This document shows, piece after piece, positions 39,201-52,619 of a stretch of DNA of 64,000 nt; positions within the stretch are counted from its first letter, which is position 1; every line of letters starts with the position of its first letter. Position numbers and translations under genes: made by a program. The DNA comes from Cycas panzhihuaensis (lineage: Eukaryota; Plantae; Cycadophyta). The notes beneath the pieces are model-generated. The model had not been told where the DNA came from. It worked only from the letters and a program-made list of their open reading frames with translations, and made no database searches. The stretch is taken from NCBI GenBank assembly GCA_023213395.1, contig CM041465.1:176707741-176771740 (forward strand). The letters run 5' to 3'.

Positions 39201-42200
39201 TTGATTTAATGCATGGAGCATTAGATTAAAAATAGGATAAATGATAAATCATGTTGGGATTTGGCTTTTGTATTAACTTTAAGAGGGCCTACATAGTATT
39301 GGTATCTAGGCCATCAAACTTCTTTTTAAAAATATGTAAACCTATAGACAAATTTCAGACTAAGATTTGATCCTCTAGAAAAACCAAGTATTCCTTCATT
39401 TTTGGTAGGAGAGTAACCTAGGAAACATATCTAAAAATGTAAAAATTATTAGGTATCATAAAATTACCCTAAATCAAACTAGAGTTACTTATTTTTCTAT
39501 ACCCTAGGAAGATTAGGGAAATAATGGATGCTTAGAAAAGATAAAAAATAAGAAGCATCCTAGTACAGTCTAAAAAACTTGTTTATTAAGATATTCCTAC
39601 ACTCATCCCAACACAAAACTATAGATAAAATATTAAAATAAATTAAGAAATTAAGTATGGAAGTGGAATAACCACAAAACATATCATTAGTAAGAATTAT
39701 AGAAAGTAGGGAAATAAAGGAAGAAGAAGAAAACCATAATGTCCCTCTAAAATACACTAAGTTATAATATCGAGAATAGGATATCAAAGCACCCCAACCC
39801 ATCAAATCATAGATAAAGACAAAGTAAAAGTAGAAAAAATAAAAATAATAGATATTAATTTAGGTACCAATGAAAATTTATAAAACATCCTTATTAGAGA
39901 TTATTAGGTTGATAAAATAGTGGTATAAGTGCAAATATTATTTGAGGGATTGAGAGATGTGTTTGCTTAGTCTTATAAAAAACTAAAGGGTATCCCTCTT
40001 AAGATTAAGATGCAATATATTGATTTGATAGAAGGAGTTAAGATGGTAAAATAGAGACCCTATTGTATGAATCCCTAATATAAGGAAAAAGTAAAAATTA
40101 AGCTAGATAAAATGTTGAAAGTAGGTTACATTTATAAAATTGACTATAGTTAATGGGTAAGCCCTATAATGGTAATACTTAGAAAATGGGAAAATAAGAG
40201 TCTATGTGGATTATAGGTAATTGAATGAAGTAATAAAAAAGGATTCATTTCCAATCCCTTTTATAGAAGATGTGTGGAAATGGTCATAAGAAATGAGATT
40301 TATTCTTTTACTGGTGGATTCAATAGTTATAACCAAGTTTAGATTGCCGCCAAAGACCAAGCCAAAAACCACTTTTGTAATTGAATGGAGAATATATACC
40401 TATAAAATAATGCCTTCCAAACTAACTAATGCACCCACCATATTCTAGCACATTATGATTAACATCTTCAAAAGGATGATAGAAGAAAAGGTCATAGTAT
40501 TTTTGGATTATTAGACTTTATATTATTTAATGAAAAATCACATGGATAATTTGAGATAAATGTTGCATACACACAAAGAAAACAACCTATGCCTAAATTT
40601 GAAAAAATATACTTTCTTGGTTCCATTCGATAATTTGTTGGAATATATCATGAGTAAGGAAAGATTATTAACAAATCCTACAAAAGTATTAGGTATTTTG
40701 CACTTTCTAATTCCCTTGATACAAAAATAATTAAAAGGATTTTTAGGGTTAACTAGCTACTACCAGAAGTTTATTAGGGCATATGCAACTATATCATGCC
40801 CATTAGAGGAATTTCTTAGAAAAGACATTGAATGGGAATGGGAAACTGAGTAGTAGTTAGTATTTAAAGCCTTGAATCTAGCCATAGCATTAATGCCTAT
40901 TTTGTAATTTTTAGATTGGGAGAAAATCTTTTAAGTGTATGTGGATGCTTCACAATTCACCATTAGTTGTGTGCTCACTCAAATAAGTAAAAATAAAATT
41001 GACTATCCCATCTATTTTTCTAGCCAAAAACTAACTAGAGTAGAATACAATTACATGAAGAAAAAATAAGAAGGTCTTAGAATGATTTATGCATTAGAAA
41101 AATTTTGACATGTCTTAAAATGATTTATGCATTAGAAAAATTTTGACATCATCTCTTATCAAATCTATTCATATTCTATGTGGACCACTAAGTATTGATT
41201 TGTCTCATAAATAAGCCCATATTAAAAGGAAGAATTATTAGATGGTTTATGTTGTTTTAAGAGTTTACTTTTAAAATTTTGGTTAAACTAGGGAAAGCAC
41301 ACATCATATCTAATCAATTATTATGAACCAATAATGGAGAAGAAGTTATGGGAATACAAGATGATTTTTCAAATATGGAATTCCTTAGTATCGATATAAG
41401 GGTAGAGATTTAATGGTATAAGGGAATCCCTAAGTATCTTATAAGGTGAATTTCCACCAAATCAAATAAAATAGACTAGAGATCTTTGATTTGGAAAGCA
41501 AAACTATATCAACTCATACATGGTGAATTGTATTACCTCAAACCTAATAAAGTCTTTTGTTATTATTTTAAACCTTATGATATTGAGTAAATAATAAGAT
41601 AGGCACACAAAGGCATGGTTAGAGGACATATAGATAAGATGGTAATATAGAGAAAGGCATTATCAATAGGATTTTTGTGGCCCATGATGTTTGAAAACAT
41701 TAAGAAATAGGTCAAGAAATATGACTATTACTAGTGGCTGAGGAAGCCATGGAGTCATGACTTTTAGTCTCTTAACACAATCTTACTATTAGCACCATTT
41801 AAGAAATAGGACCTTGACTTCATTGGTCCTATTAAATAAGTATCTTGATATTCTCAAGCCTGATACATTTTGGTTACCATAGATTATATGACTAAGTGGG
41901 TAGAAGTATAACCATTAAGAAAAGTCGATTCCCATAATACTATCAGATTTTTACACAAAGTAATTATTACATATTATAAATGTCTATTAAAGATTATAAG
42001 TGATAAGGGTTTATATTTTTTTATCGAAGTGATGAAGGAATTAACATATACATTTATGATTAGCCAACAAAAGTCAACACCTTATTACCCTAGTATAAAT
42101 GGACAAGTAGAAAGCTTAAATAAACTTATTAAAAATCATCTATGAAAAATATGTGATGTGGGTGGATCAAATTAGGTAGAGAAGTTATCATCAGTACTAT

Positions 42201-42660
42201 GGGATTTTTGCACAATATATAAGAGGTCAAGAAGACAAATGTCAATCCAATTAGTATATGGAATAGAGCCTATTATCCCAATAGAATTTGAGATACTAAG
42301 TTTAAGAGTTGCCATGGCTTCTCAACTTGATGATTTTCATTCTTTGTAGGAAATATTACAACAACTATTGTAGCTTAAATAAATAAGACATAGAGCAAGG
42401 GGATTGGAAATATTGAGAAGATGTGACAAAAGGCATGTCATGACCACCATTTGAGGGCACCCCAATTTTATAAAGGTGACTAACTTTTGTTGTATGACAA
42501 TAAATTTTATACACACCCAAGGTAGTCTAAAATGCAGTGGTTAAGACTATATATCATTAATAAAATCTTCAACAATAATTTAGTTAAACTGAAGGAAATT
42601 AATAGATTATAACTATAAACCTCGGTCAATGGTAATCAATTGAAACCATACCATAGTTAG
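36250..42660 (+). pseudogene. E3 gag-pol remnant (gag ~36430-37600, PR ~38050-38400, extra capsid-like domain ~39120-39400, RT ~39950-40640, RH ~40900-41330, INT ~41560-42660)
   Basis: Manual translation through numerous TAG/TAA/TGA decay stops; ends VNGNQLKPYHS*. Confidence 0.85.
41074..41149 (+). repeat. 38-bp tandem duplication within E3 RNase H
   Basis: GTCTTA(G/A)AATGATTTATGCATTAGAAAAATTTTGACAT twice. Confidence 0.95.
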
Positions 42661-42780
42661 AGTGAAACCATCTTACTAGAGTAATCAACTAGTTGTATCG
42701 TATCATGTTACTTGACATTGAATATAATTAAAGCTATCCCAGTTCCAGAATGTGATTCCAGTTTGGTATGTAAATTTTAA

Positions 42781-42799
42781 AAAAAGGTGGGGGGGGGAA
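42781..42799 (+). promoter_or_regulatory. E3 internal polypurine tract downstream of pol
   Basis: AAAAAGGTGGGGGGGGGAA, ~120 nt after the pol stop and ~2.1 kb before the 3' LTR. Confidence 0.65.
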
Positions 42800-42846
42800 T
42801 AATAGTAATGCTTATCATACACTTAAACAATATGCCAATATCATGA

Positions 42847-42868
42847 AGAGAGAGAGAGAGAGAGAGAG
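42847..42868 (+). repeat. (AG)n microsatellite
   Basis: Perfect dinucleotide run. Confidence 0.95.
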
Positions 42869-43399
42869 GAAAAATAGTGATCATTAAAAAATAAATAAAT
42901 AAAAAGAGAATTAGTAATTATTAAAAAAAAGAGATAATGATAAATTTTAAGTACACATTCCTCTAAAATACACTATACATTTTCAAAAGGAACAATATCG
43001 AGAATGCACATAATAGAAGAACATAAAGTGAAAAAATGAACTATACATTCCTACAAGCATTATAGTAAGGAATGCATAGCGTAAACATAGAAATAAAAGT
43101 GCTAAAATACCAAATCAAGCCTTATTTTGACATGATAGAGTTTTGAATTAATGAAAATTGCCTAAAGTAAGCATCCCAATTATAATAATAGTAAATTCAC
43201 TAGTGTAAAGTGTCATACATTATAACAACAATCGTATGGAATGTATTATAAGTTTAGTCTAAAAACCTTGAATTTTCAACTTATTCGTAATAAATAATAC
43301 TTTCTATTTTTCTAAAATAAGTATTACAAAGTATTAGAAGAATTATCTACCCAAATTAAAAGTGGAATTAGAAAGGTTATCTACCTCATTCAAAACAAA

Positions 43400-44398
43400 G
43401 ATCAGGTAAGTAGGATAGGGGAAATGCATACATCTAAATCCATTGTATTGGGACCTAAAGTTGATGGAACAAATCTAATTAGATTTAAAGAAAAATATTG
43501 AATGCATTCAATTAGGTGTAGGCATCATTCATACCACTACTAGACTTCCTAAGGAGGGGAATGTCTCAACTTCTACTAAATAGTCTTAGAGGGACCATGA
43601 GACATGGGTGAGAGAGTTGTGTAAAGAGAATACCTAAATATTATTTATTAGAATCAAAGTGATGGACATTAAGGATGCTAGGTTATAGTCGGTAGTAAAA
43701 GTAGTAGTCACCAGATTTTTGCCCAAACAAAAATATACATATATTCTAGGAGGCATGATCATAATACTACCCCAAATCTATGATAAAGTATAGTTGAATT
43801 AGTATTAATTCTTAGACATAAACATGAAATAATAGATTAAGAAGGTTACCATTCATCTATTTAGGCATCCCTCATTATTATTGGCCATCTTAATATATTA
43901 ATATCCATTAGTATAGCCTCCACAACAACTAATTTGACTACAAGAACCATTGATTAAATAATAGGTGGATGTATTTTCAAAATCTATTTAGGACATGCAC
44001 ATTAAAAGAAATAGAAAAGATATTAAAATGGTTGTAAAAAACACAATGTAGCCTCATTCATCATCGCTCTAAATAGATGGTGAAGAAGTACACTAAAATA
44101 TAGCAGGTAGAGGAAAAAGAAGAAATACAGACTACCCTCATTAGAGGAATGGGCCCTAACTGAATAAGAATTTCCCTCTATTATAGAACCTAGAGAGATA
44201 TCTTCCCAGCTAGTAGAAGGGAAAAATCAATAAATTATCTACATGGTATAGGAAATGGAAGCAATCTACAACATGGAAATCATTGCTTTACAAGAAAATC
44301 TAAAAGAAAATGATATAATCACAGCCACTCTCACCCAGATCAATGAGGACATATTGAAAGCAAGTGATACTTTAGCAAATCGAGGGTAGGAGGAGTAG
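43400..44398 (+). pseudogene. E3 extra 3' ORF (env-like / plant transposon protein), decayed
   Basis: One frame from ~43512 reads IHTTTRLPKEG...IKVMDIKDARL*SVVKVVVTRFLPKQKYTYILGGM...LN*Y*FL...FRHPSLLLAILIY, then a charged coiled-coil-like tail. Stops fall at plausible Q/W codons. Confidence 0.65.
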
Positions 44399-44890
44399 CC
44401 TTAAGATAAAGTAGGAGGAGAGATAAAATTAAAATTTTTAAAATTTTTAAACTTTTAAAATTGAGTAAGGATGCTCAACCCTTTTTTATTGACTCAAGAT
44501 AGATGTTGGAGTAAAATCTAGTACCTAAATCATTTTAGACAGTGGAAAAGCAGGAATGTATGCCTATCCTAACCTAAGAAATATATAAACACATTACCAA
44601 AAGGATGCACAAGGGAACACATGTAAAAAATTTATAAAAAAAGGTCAAAAAGAAGCTCTCAAGGAATATATGATAGGGTGTATTCCTAAAAGGAATGTGT
44701 TACAAGTAGGGATATACGTAGAATACCTAAAAGGAAATGTAAGAAGTATGCACCTAGATTTGAGCGATACTTCCTAAGGATGCTGATGTTGTAAGAGGCA
44801 TACATGCATATGGTCATATAGATGAAATAAAATATAATTAATAATATGTAATTTAATTAAAGTAAAAAGACACTTTATTATGAAAAAGAA

Positions 44891-45298
44891 TGTTTATGAC
44901 CATAAATCATAAATATTCCCCAAAGGACATGTAAATGGATATTAATCACAAGTCATCTACTCTAGTGTTAAAGCTAAATTCTTATATGGTTTTGTATGGA
45001 ACACATGCCAACATTCCTTTCTAACAATGTACAGATACTAACAATGATATTGTTTAATGAAATAACAAGTTATATGGAAATACTATATATCTTATACATG
45101 ATGATTATTGAGTTATAAATTTATATTAATTTATTGATTGATATGATGATATGGTGATGATATATGATGATGACTTAATGTTATGATGTCGATATAAAGA
45201 GTGATAACATGACTATGTTAACTAAGCCCTAACTAGACTACCAGATAGTGACCCCCTTGACAAGTGTGCTTTCATAGAGTGAAAGTGATAAGTCAACA
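44891..45298 (+). repeat. E3 3' LTR (left edge approximate)
   Basis: TGTTTA...TCAACA after purine run GAAAAAGAA; homologous to 10490-10903 plus 35641-35666. Confidence 0.75.
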
Positions 45299-46669
45299 AT
45301 TTAAAACCCTCTAATTTTATATTTTTTGCTATTTTACAAGTCTATTATCCATCTTGTTTATCATACCATATATATTATAATTATGCAACCTCTATGCATT
45401 TAGTCCATATGGGCTACAACCATGGTAAACATACAACTACTTCTACAACATCTCCTTACTTGTCAAGTCCCTAGCATGGGATGAAGATGGCCACTAAGAG
45501 AGCCAATACACACTAGATAGTCTCCTCTAGAAATGGTCATTCTAAGATATAAATTCATGTAAACACTATGAAAGGTGAGAGTTGAAACTGAAGTAAGAAC
45601 TAGGGTGATAAACCTGAGCTTGTCTAAGGCTCTACTACTAAATTCCTAAAGGAAATAACCTCTTCCACAAATATCTTCCTAAAATAATGAATATGGTTTA
45701 TATTATTTAACCCTACTTTCCTATAAGTTCAACTATGGAAAAATGGTAAAACCCCACATTATTCCTATCTCTATGAAAATTAGGCTCAAAGACCAAGTTT
45801 AAGCCTTTTAAAAATTCTTTGGTTATTGTTAGGCTCTTCATAGTCTCTATCCTACTATTGAGCCCAAATTTCACTAAAAATTTTCTCCTTTATGAAAGAT
45901 GAGGGGAAAAAAAAGTCCCTTTTCCTTTACCATTATCAAATGTAATCCCTTCCTAAAGGTGAGTTGATTCACTACTATTATGGCTATTAATCTAAATAGG
46001 AAGGTCCACACGATAGTGGTCATAATAATGTGCACAATTATTAGTGTTAGAATAATTGTCAACCACCTTCTTAACTAAAGAGTTAAAAATGTCCCTACAT
46101 TGGGAGTTCTTTTAAGACCCCTACCTATCTATGTGTACGATACCTTTAATATGAACTCAACAAGACTAATTCAACATCATTCTATTAATATATAAGAAAG
46201 TTTTAAGTGCAACTATAAAAGTCTATGAAATGCACTTTCACACTGCCAAGTAATAATTTCTATACTTCAGGGTAAATGGGTATACCTCATAGATGTGTAT
46301 AATTAAACTTATTCACATGAGGATGTAGGACTTTTAATATGGATTCCAACATAACTAGCATCATCCTAATCTTACTTTGGACGAGTGAGATTTCCCCAAA
46401 TTAGTAGAAGGCTATCTTGAAGTGATCTTTTCACTAAATTAAGTACAGTTTTTTTAATAACTAAACATGAAAATATCAACTTTTGATATTTCTTAGACAT
46501 AAGATATATTTACATGGTTAGAGAGCCCTTTGAAAGAGCTTTGAATTGATTTATAGAGCATGAAAAACAACCCAATAATAAGTGAGTTATAACCAATTTT
46601 GTGAGGCATTAAAATTGAGATTTCTCCTTTGTAATCCTTTATTTTGTAACCTTACAAGTTTACCTTTCA

Positions 46670-47300
46670 TAATTACACCCTTTTTGACCTATTTGTAAAA
46701 ATATAAGAAAGCTCTCTATTTATGGCCCTTTATTTCATAAACTCATAAATATATCTTTGTAAACTCATGCTTAGTAACTCATTTGTAAAAATATAACATG
46801 CTCCTTTACTTAACATCTTTATTTCACCACTTCATAAACATATGTTTACTAACCCACTCCGAATGACTCATTTGTAAAAATATGAAATCTTATTTGCTCT
46901 TCATTTTTTCTTCATAACTTTGCAACTCTATCTTTATAAAGTTGCCCTCAGTGACTCAAGCATGAAAATGCAAAAAGCTTATTTACTTGCCATCTTTACT
47001 TTGAAACTTTGTAACTCTTTCTTCATAACCCTAGGCAACCCAACTACCAAAAAGTGTGAAATTCTTTACTTGTTAGCTTTGCTTCACAACTCTATCTTTA
47101 TAAAGTCATTTGTAATAATTCAATTGTGAAAATATCAGAACATCTTTACTCATTATCTTTTCTTTATAACTTTATCATCATAAATCCACCCTCAACAAAC
47201 TAATTATGAAAATGTAAGAAATTCTTTACTTTACAACTTTACAACTTTATCTTTAAAGATTCACTCTTGGCAACCCAATTATGAAAATGTGAAATTTTTC
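46670..47300 (+). repeat. Degenerate ~75-90-bp tandem array (~8 units) in the presumed E8 LTR
   Basis: Recurring ACTCA(T/A)TTGT(A/G)AAAAT(A/G)T-like core near 46687, 46776, 46866, 46953, 47037, 47118, 47198 and 47271. Confidence 0.7.
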
Positions 47301-47802
47301 TCTTTCAAATATCTAGCTTAAGAGCTCATTTCAAGTGGTCATAACTTTCTCATTAGGCATCTGATTCTAGTGTTCTACCCCTAATTAGAAAGATCTTAAA
47401 AAGCTCCTCACCATGGAATAACTTTCAAAGGTTGGAAAATAATTCGAGATGATATTTTACCCTTTCAAACTTATCATCATATTGAGTTTTCCAAATTCCA
47501 TAACAAGTGAGGTTTAAACCCTAAAACTTCAAATTTGTATAACTTTTCCATCAGATATTTATTTTAGGACTTCCATTATTCAATGAAAAGCTAAAAATTT
47601 TCTCTTTAACTTGTGGAGACATTCTTTATAAATTATGGTATGAAAAAATGAATATTATACCCTAAAGAAGTTATAAAAGATTTTAAATATAATAAGAAAC
47701 CCTTACATTAGTTTTTTTCCCTATTCTTCCCTCATTCATATCATGTGCTCCCCTATATATGCTACCCTTCTAAGTAATCTAGCTACTTTTGTATTATACA
47801 AG

Positions 47803-47810
<8 letters not shown>

Positions 47811-47848
<38 letters not shown>
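47811..47848 (+). repeat. (TA)n microsatellite
   Basis: Perfect dinucleotide run. Confidence 0.97.
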
Positions 47849-47855
<7 letters not shown>

Positions 47856-48109
47856 GATTAAGGTGCTAAAAAAAATAAGACATACACTTAGGTTTAAATG
47901 GATTACAAACTTCATACAAAAATGCCTACTAAGCTAGAAAGCCAAGATGGTGGATCCCCATACTTGGTGAAACATGAATTAAGATTTTGCCTTATATAGG
48001 ATAAACAAAACTAAGAAAGGAGATAAACTTTAGTTACTTGTCAAGGAAGTAAACTTAACCAAGGAAGGTTAAGAAAATTAAGTCTTTACATCCCCCTTCC
48101 CTTCACAAG

Positions 48110-48840
48110 AGTATTGTCCTCAAGGCAAGTTCCTTTAAATATAAAAAACTAAGGATATTATTGTTATGTATCACTCTCTAACACCCATATTACCTATTTT
48201 GGTGTCAGATGCTTCCATTACATTTTTACTTGCCTAACACTTCTATTCCATAACATTCTTTCTCTTTGATCCAAAATCCTCAAGGGCTCTTCTTCGAAGT
48301 TAATGCCCAATCCAACTGTAATATTAGTCTATTTAAATATATGCTTTTAATCTAGTATATATCTCTTCGATAATAAAAAAATGAAATACATTATGAATTT
48401 AAAGATTTAAGGGTAAAGTGATATTGTAAGCAACTTTTCCTATTTGCTCTAAAATCTTAAATCAACCATCATATTTGAATAAATGCTTCTTATACATACC
48501 CAAGTTGAGCAAACTATGTTTGGGTTTTACCCATAAGAAGACATGGTCACCAACATGAAATTCCTTTTCTATTCTCTTTATATTTGTATATTTATTTTGC
48601 CTATCTTGGCCTATCCTAAGCTACTATCTAATGTTGACCACTTACCTCTCTATTTCTTATAGCATTTCTAGCTCTAAGACATGTCTATATTCTAGGTTCT
48701 CCCAACTAAAAGGTTTATTATATCTTCTACCATATAATGCATTAAGAAGATTCATACCTAAGGAAGATTAAGTTGTATTATTATAGGTAAATTTAGTCAA
48801 ATAGAGATGGTTCTCCTAACTAATTAGGTTTTCCATTATG
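48110..48840 (-). pseudogene. E8 integrase C-terminus and chromodomain remnant
   Basis: *ENHLYLTKFTYNN...ALYGRRY and NFEEEPLRILDQRERMLWNRSVRQVKM*WKHL..YP resemble Tekay integrase and chromodomain motifs. Confidence 0.85.
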
Positions 48841-51800
48841 TGAAGAGAAAATATAACTATAGAAGTAATGTGGTAATAAAAGTTTAAACCATGCAAAGAA
48901 TAAATAGCATAAACCAGTCAAGCACTCAATAAAGAACACTAAGAGATTTAGGTTTAACCATAGACCTTTTATTAATTTGAGCAACAGCTAAAGAATTATA
49001 GAGATGAATAAACCCTAACTCTTCTCATCAACTCATCAAAGACTCATCCATATACATGTTACATGTCCCATTACATAAAAATATATAGACATAACATTAC
49101 AAGATAATGCCTTGTAATTTTATAATACAATGGGCATAAACCATGGGCTAGAAAAGACCCCTAAAAGATAGCCAAAATTTTTTCTTAAGAGTTCCCACCC
49201 CCAAACCCTCGCCTAAGGGGTCCTTAGCCCCCTAGACCCCTCAACCAGGGGCCCTACAATGAGCCCTCAAACCCCACAATGGGGCTCAGGTGTAATGCCT
49301 ATATCCATATAACACTTGCAAAGTGTTCAACATATCTAACAATATCCTACTTATTAAACACTTTATAAGAAACCTGCATATATCTCTACTTAATACTAAA
49401 ATTACAAATACCCATTTCATTTCTATACAATCTAAATTTTTTTGTGCTAACAATCTTGGTCAATGAGTCTATAGAATTCTCTTGTATAGCAATCTTCTAC
49501 AAATCCACCCTATGATCTTGAACCATTTCTCTCACAAAATGGAACTACACATCAATATGCTTCACCTAAGCATGAAAAATGGGGTTCTTTACTAAGTAGA
49601 TTACACTTTGACTATAACAATCTATCCTCATAGCATCCTACTTAAAGCCAATATCTATGCATAATCTCTATAACCAAATTGCTTCTTTGCACATATGAGT
49701 ATCTTCCATATACTCTACTTCTATGCTAAAAAGTACCACAACTTGTTATATTTTACTCATCTAACTAATTATGCCACCACAAAGGATAAAAACATACCCA
49801 CTTATATATCTTCTGCTGTTAAGATCTCTAGCCCAATCAGTATCAACAAAACCTCTTAGGTTCACTATTCTACTCTCCATGGGATCTCCTTAATAGAAAA
49901 TTCCATAGTTTGATATACCCCATAAATACTTAAAAGTCCTTTTCATAGCTACTCAATGCTCCTTGTCTGGGTTTGACATATACCTGCTAACTACTCCTAC
50001 TACATGGGTAACATCTAGCCAAGTGTAAACTATCCCATATATTAGGTTACCAATACCACTAAAATAAGGGACAAATACCATGTCTTCAACTTCTTGGTGA
50101 GTCTTTGGGTATTGTTTAGCCAATAATTTTTAACCAACAAGAAGAGGAATATGAACTAGTTTACTATCATATAACCTGAACCGTTGCAATATTGTCTCAA
50201 TGTACTATCTTTGGCTAAGCCAAATCTTCTTATTTCTCCTATCCATTTTAATCTCAGTGCCCAAAATAAAATGTGCAGCATTAAGATCCTTCATCTTAAA
50301 ATGAGATACCAGCTGGCCTTTCACAAGTTGATTCATTTCTTTATTGTTACCAACTAAAAGGATGTCATCAATATATAAAGACAGAATAATAAAATGATCA
50401 CCAACCTACTTATAATAAATACAATGATCTGCTTTACTATGCATAAATCCATCTACTAATATATGTGAATCAAACTTTTGATACCATATCCTTAGTGACT
50501 ATTTTAAGTCGTATAATGACTTCTTTAACCTACACACCATATTCTCCTTAGTTGCAACTTCAAACCCTTCAAACTGCAACATATAAATTTCTTCCTCGAG
50601 GTCACCATAAAGAAATGCAGTCTTTATATCTATTTGATCCACCTCAAGGTCATAGGAAGCTACTATAGCTAATAAAAATCTAATTGAAGTAATTTTTATA
50701 ACAGGAGAAAATACCTCACCAAAATCTATTCCCTTGACTTGGGAATAGCCCTTTTCTATCAAGTGAGCCTTATACTTTACCATAGTACCATCTGCCTGAA
50801 ACTTCTTCTTAAGGATCTATTTATTATTAATAAGTTTTCTATCATCAGGAAGATCCACCAAATCCCATGTGTTATTTTTCTCCAAGGCCATCATTTATTC
50901 TTACATGGCTTTCATCTAGAGTTGGCTCTCTTTTGACTCTAAAACCTCCCAAACAGTACCTCGATCATCATCTGTAGCAGATAAAATAAAAGAAGAGTGA
51001 CGAAAGTCTTTAGGAATATACATGTCAAGTTATCTTCTCTTACGAGTTGATATCCTTAAGATGTGGGGTTCTTGAGGTTGAGCTACCTCTATACCTAGTT
51101 CTTCCTCTTTAGTTAACTTATATTCTGATGCAGAATCTTCATCCCTTACTTCAAATTATTCCTTCTTAAAGTATTCCTCCTTTGGTTCTTCATCCTACTT
51201 TAAAGACTTGAACTCCTCTCTAAAGATAATATCATAGCTATATACAGCCTTTTATGTTTCAAGGTTATAGAGCTGATATCCTTTAACACCATTACCATAA
51301 CCAATGAAAATAATCTTTTGTATTTTGAAATTAAGCTTACTCCTCTACTATTTAGGAACATGCACAAAAGCATCATAACCAAAAACTCTAAGATGACCAA
51401 GATATGGTTTCTTACCAGATTACACTTCTTGAGGTGTTTTGTATACTAATATATTTGTTGGTGATCTATTTATTAGGTAGCTTATAGTCATCATAGCCCC
51501 AATCTAAAATTTCTTCTTTAATCTAGTAGCACTAAGTATACTCCTCGATCTCTCTAACAGGGTCCTAGTCATTCTTTTAGCAACTTCATTCTGCTATGGT
51601 GTATAGGGAATTATCTTTTACCTTGTTATTCCATACTACTTATAGAATTGCTCAAACCTTTTTTATCAAAACCCACCTCCATTATTAGTCCTCAGTACCT
51701 TGATCCACTTGTCACTATGATTCTCATCCAAGGCCTTGAATTCTTTGAATTTACTAAAGATTTCATATTTCTATCTGAGAAAGTATAACCATGTCTTTCT

Positions 51801-52600
51801 TGAGAAATCATCTATGAATGAGATAAAGTATTTTCACCCACCTAATGAGGGTACATCAATAGGTCCATAAACATCCTTGTACACTAATTATAGAATACCC
51901 TTTGCTCTCTTCGAGCTTAAAGGAACACTATCTTGATTTTATTTCCCATATATACAATGCTCACATAAATCAAAATCAAAGAAGCCATTAACTCTAGAGA
52001 TGTCTTTTGCCATAACTTTGAAGAATAAATCATGGAGGCTTTTCTCTCTAAAATGGCCCAATCTCTAATGCCATAGTATAGTTTTACCAGTAAATGATTT
52101 TAAGTCCCTCTTGTATTATTACTACTTTCTGTAATAACTAGACTACGACTACTAACATACAATATGCTTGTATCAAGCTTGTATAGAGTTTTAAATTAGA
52201 CCTTGCTTACTAACAATAATGCTCCTTGAATCATTCTTTAACTATTTTTATTAAAAATCGCTTTATTCCTACATCACCTAATTGACTAACAAACAATAAA
52301 CTCATAGCCATACTAGGAATATGACTCATACTAGGGATAGTTTTAACCCTTCCATCCACAAATCAAACCTTCACCCTTTCACAACCCATAATTTTATGTA
52401 GGTAATGATCCCCAAGAAATACTTCATCTCTATCAATACTTGTATATTCATAAAACCACTCCTTATGGGGAGTAATATGAAGTGAAGCATTAGAGTTAAT
52501 TAACCAAGACTCAATATTTGACAACTTACCTAAGGTTATCAAATAAACATCACCATCAGCTTCATCACATGGATAATTAGAGGTATAATGTCATTGTTCA
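48841..52600 (-). mobile_element. E9: 5'-truncated Ty1/Copia element (3' LTR 48841-49341; RH, RT, INT, PR present; gag and 5' LTR deleted)
   Basis: ORF 50499-50783 is RT (KGYSQVKGIDFGEVFSP); protease SWLINSNASLHITPHKEWF at ~52455-52510; PPT-like tract 49342-49353; interrupts the E8 integrase. Confidence 0.88.
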
Positions 52601-52619
52601 TTACATCAATAGCATCTAA

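Larger units (their letters stand above)
10490..45298 (+). mobile_element. E3: Athila-like (non-chromovirus) Ty3/Gypsy element with env-like ORF; 5' LTR split by E4
   Basis: 10490-10903 plus 35641-35666 matches 3' LTR 44914-45298. Gag, PR, RT (WVSP, VDYR, KDSFPIPF, TTFV, MP..LTNAP), RNase H (VYVDASQFTI) and integrase (LDFIGP, DYMTKWVE) occur in Gypsy order. Confidence 0.9.

Noticed and set aside
42800-44890. E3 3' LTR starting right after the strong PPT at 42781
   Set aside because: The region holds a decayed ORF and has no counterpart before the 5' LTR homology; treated as internal.
46670-47300. CRISPR-like repeat-spacer pattern
   Set aside because: Whole units are homologous and degenerate, there are no cas genes, and the context is a eukaryotic LTR.
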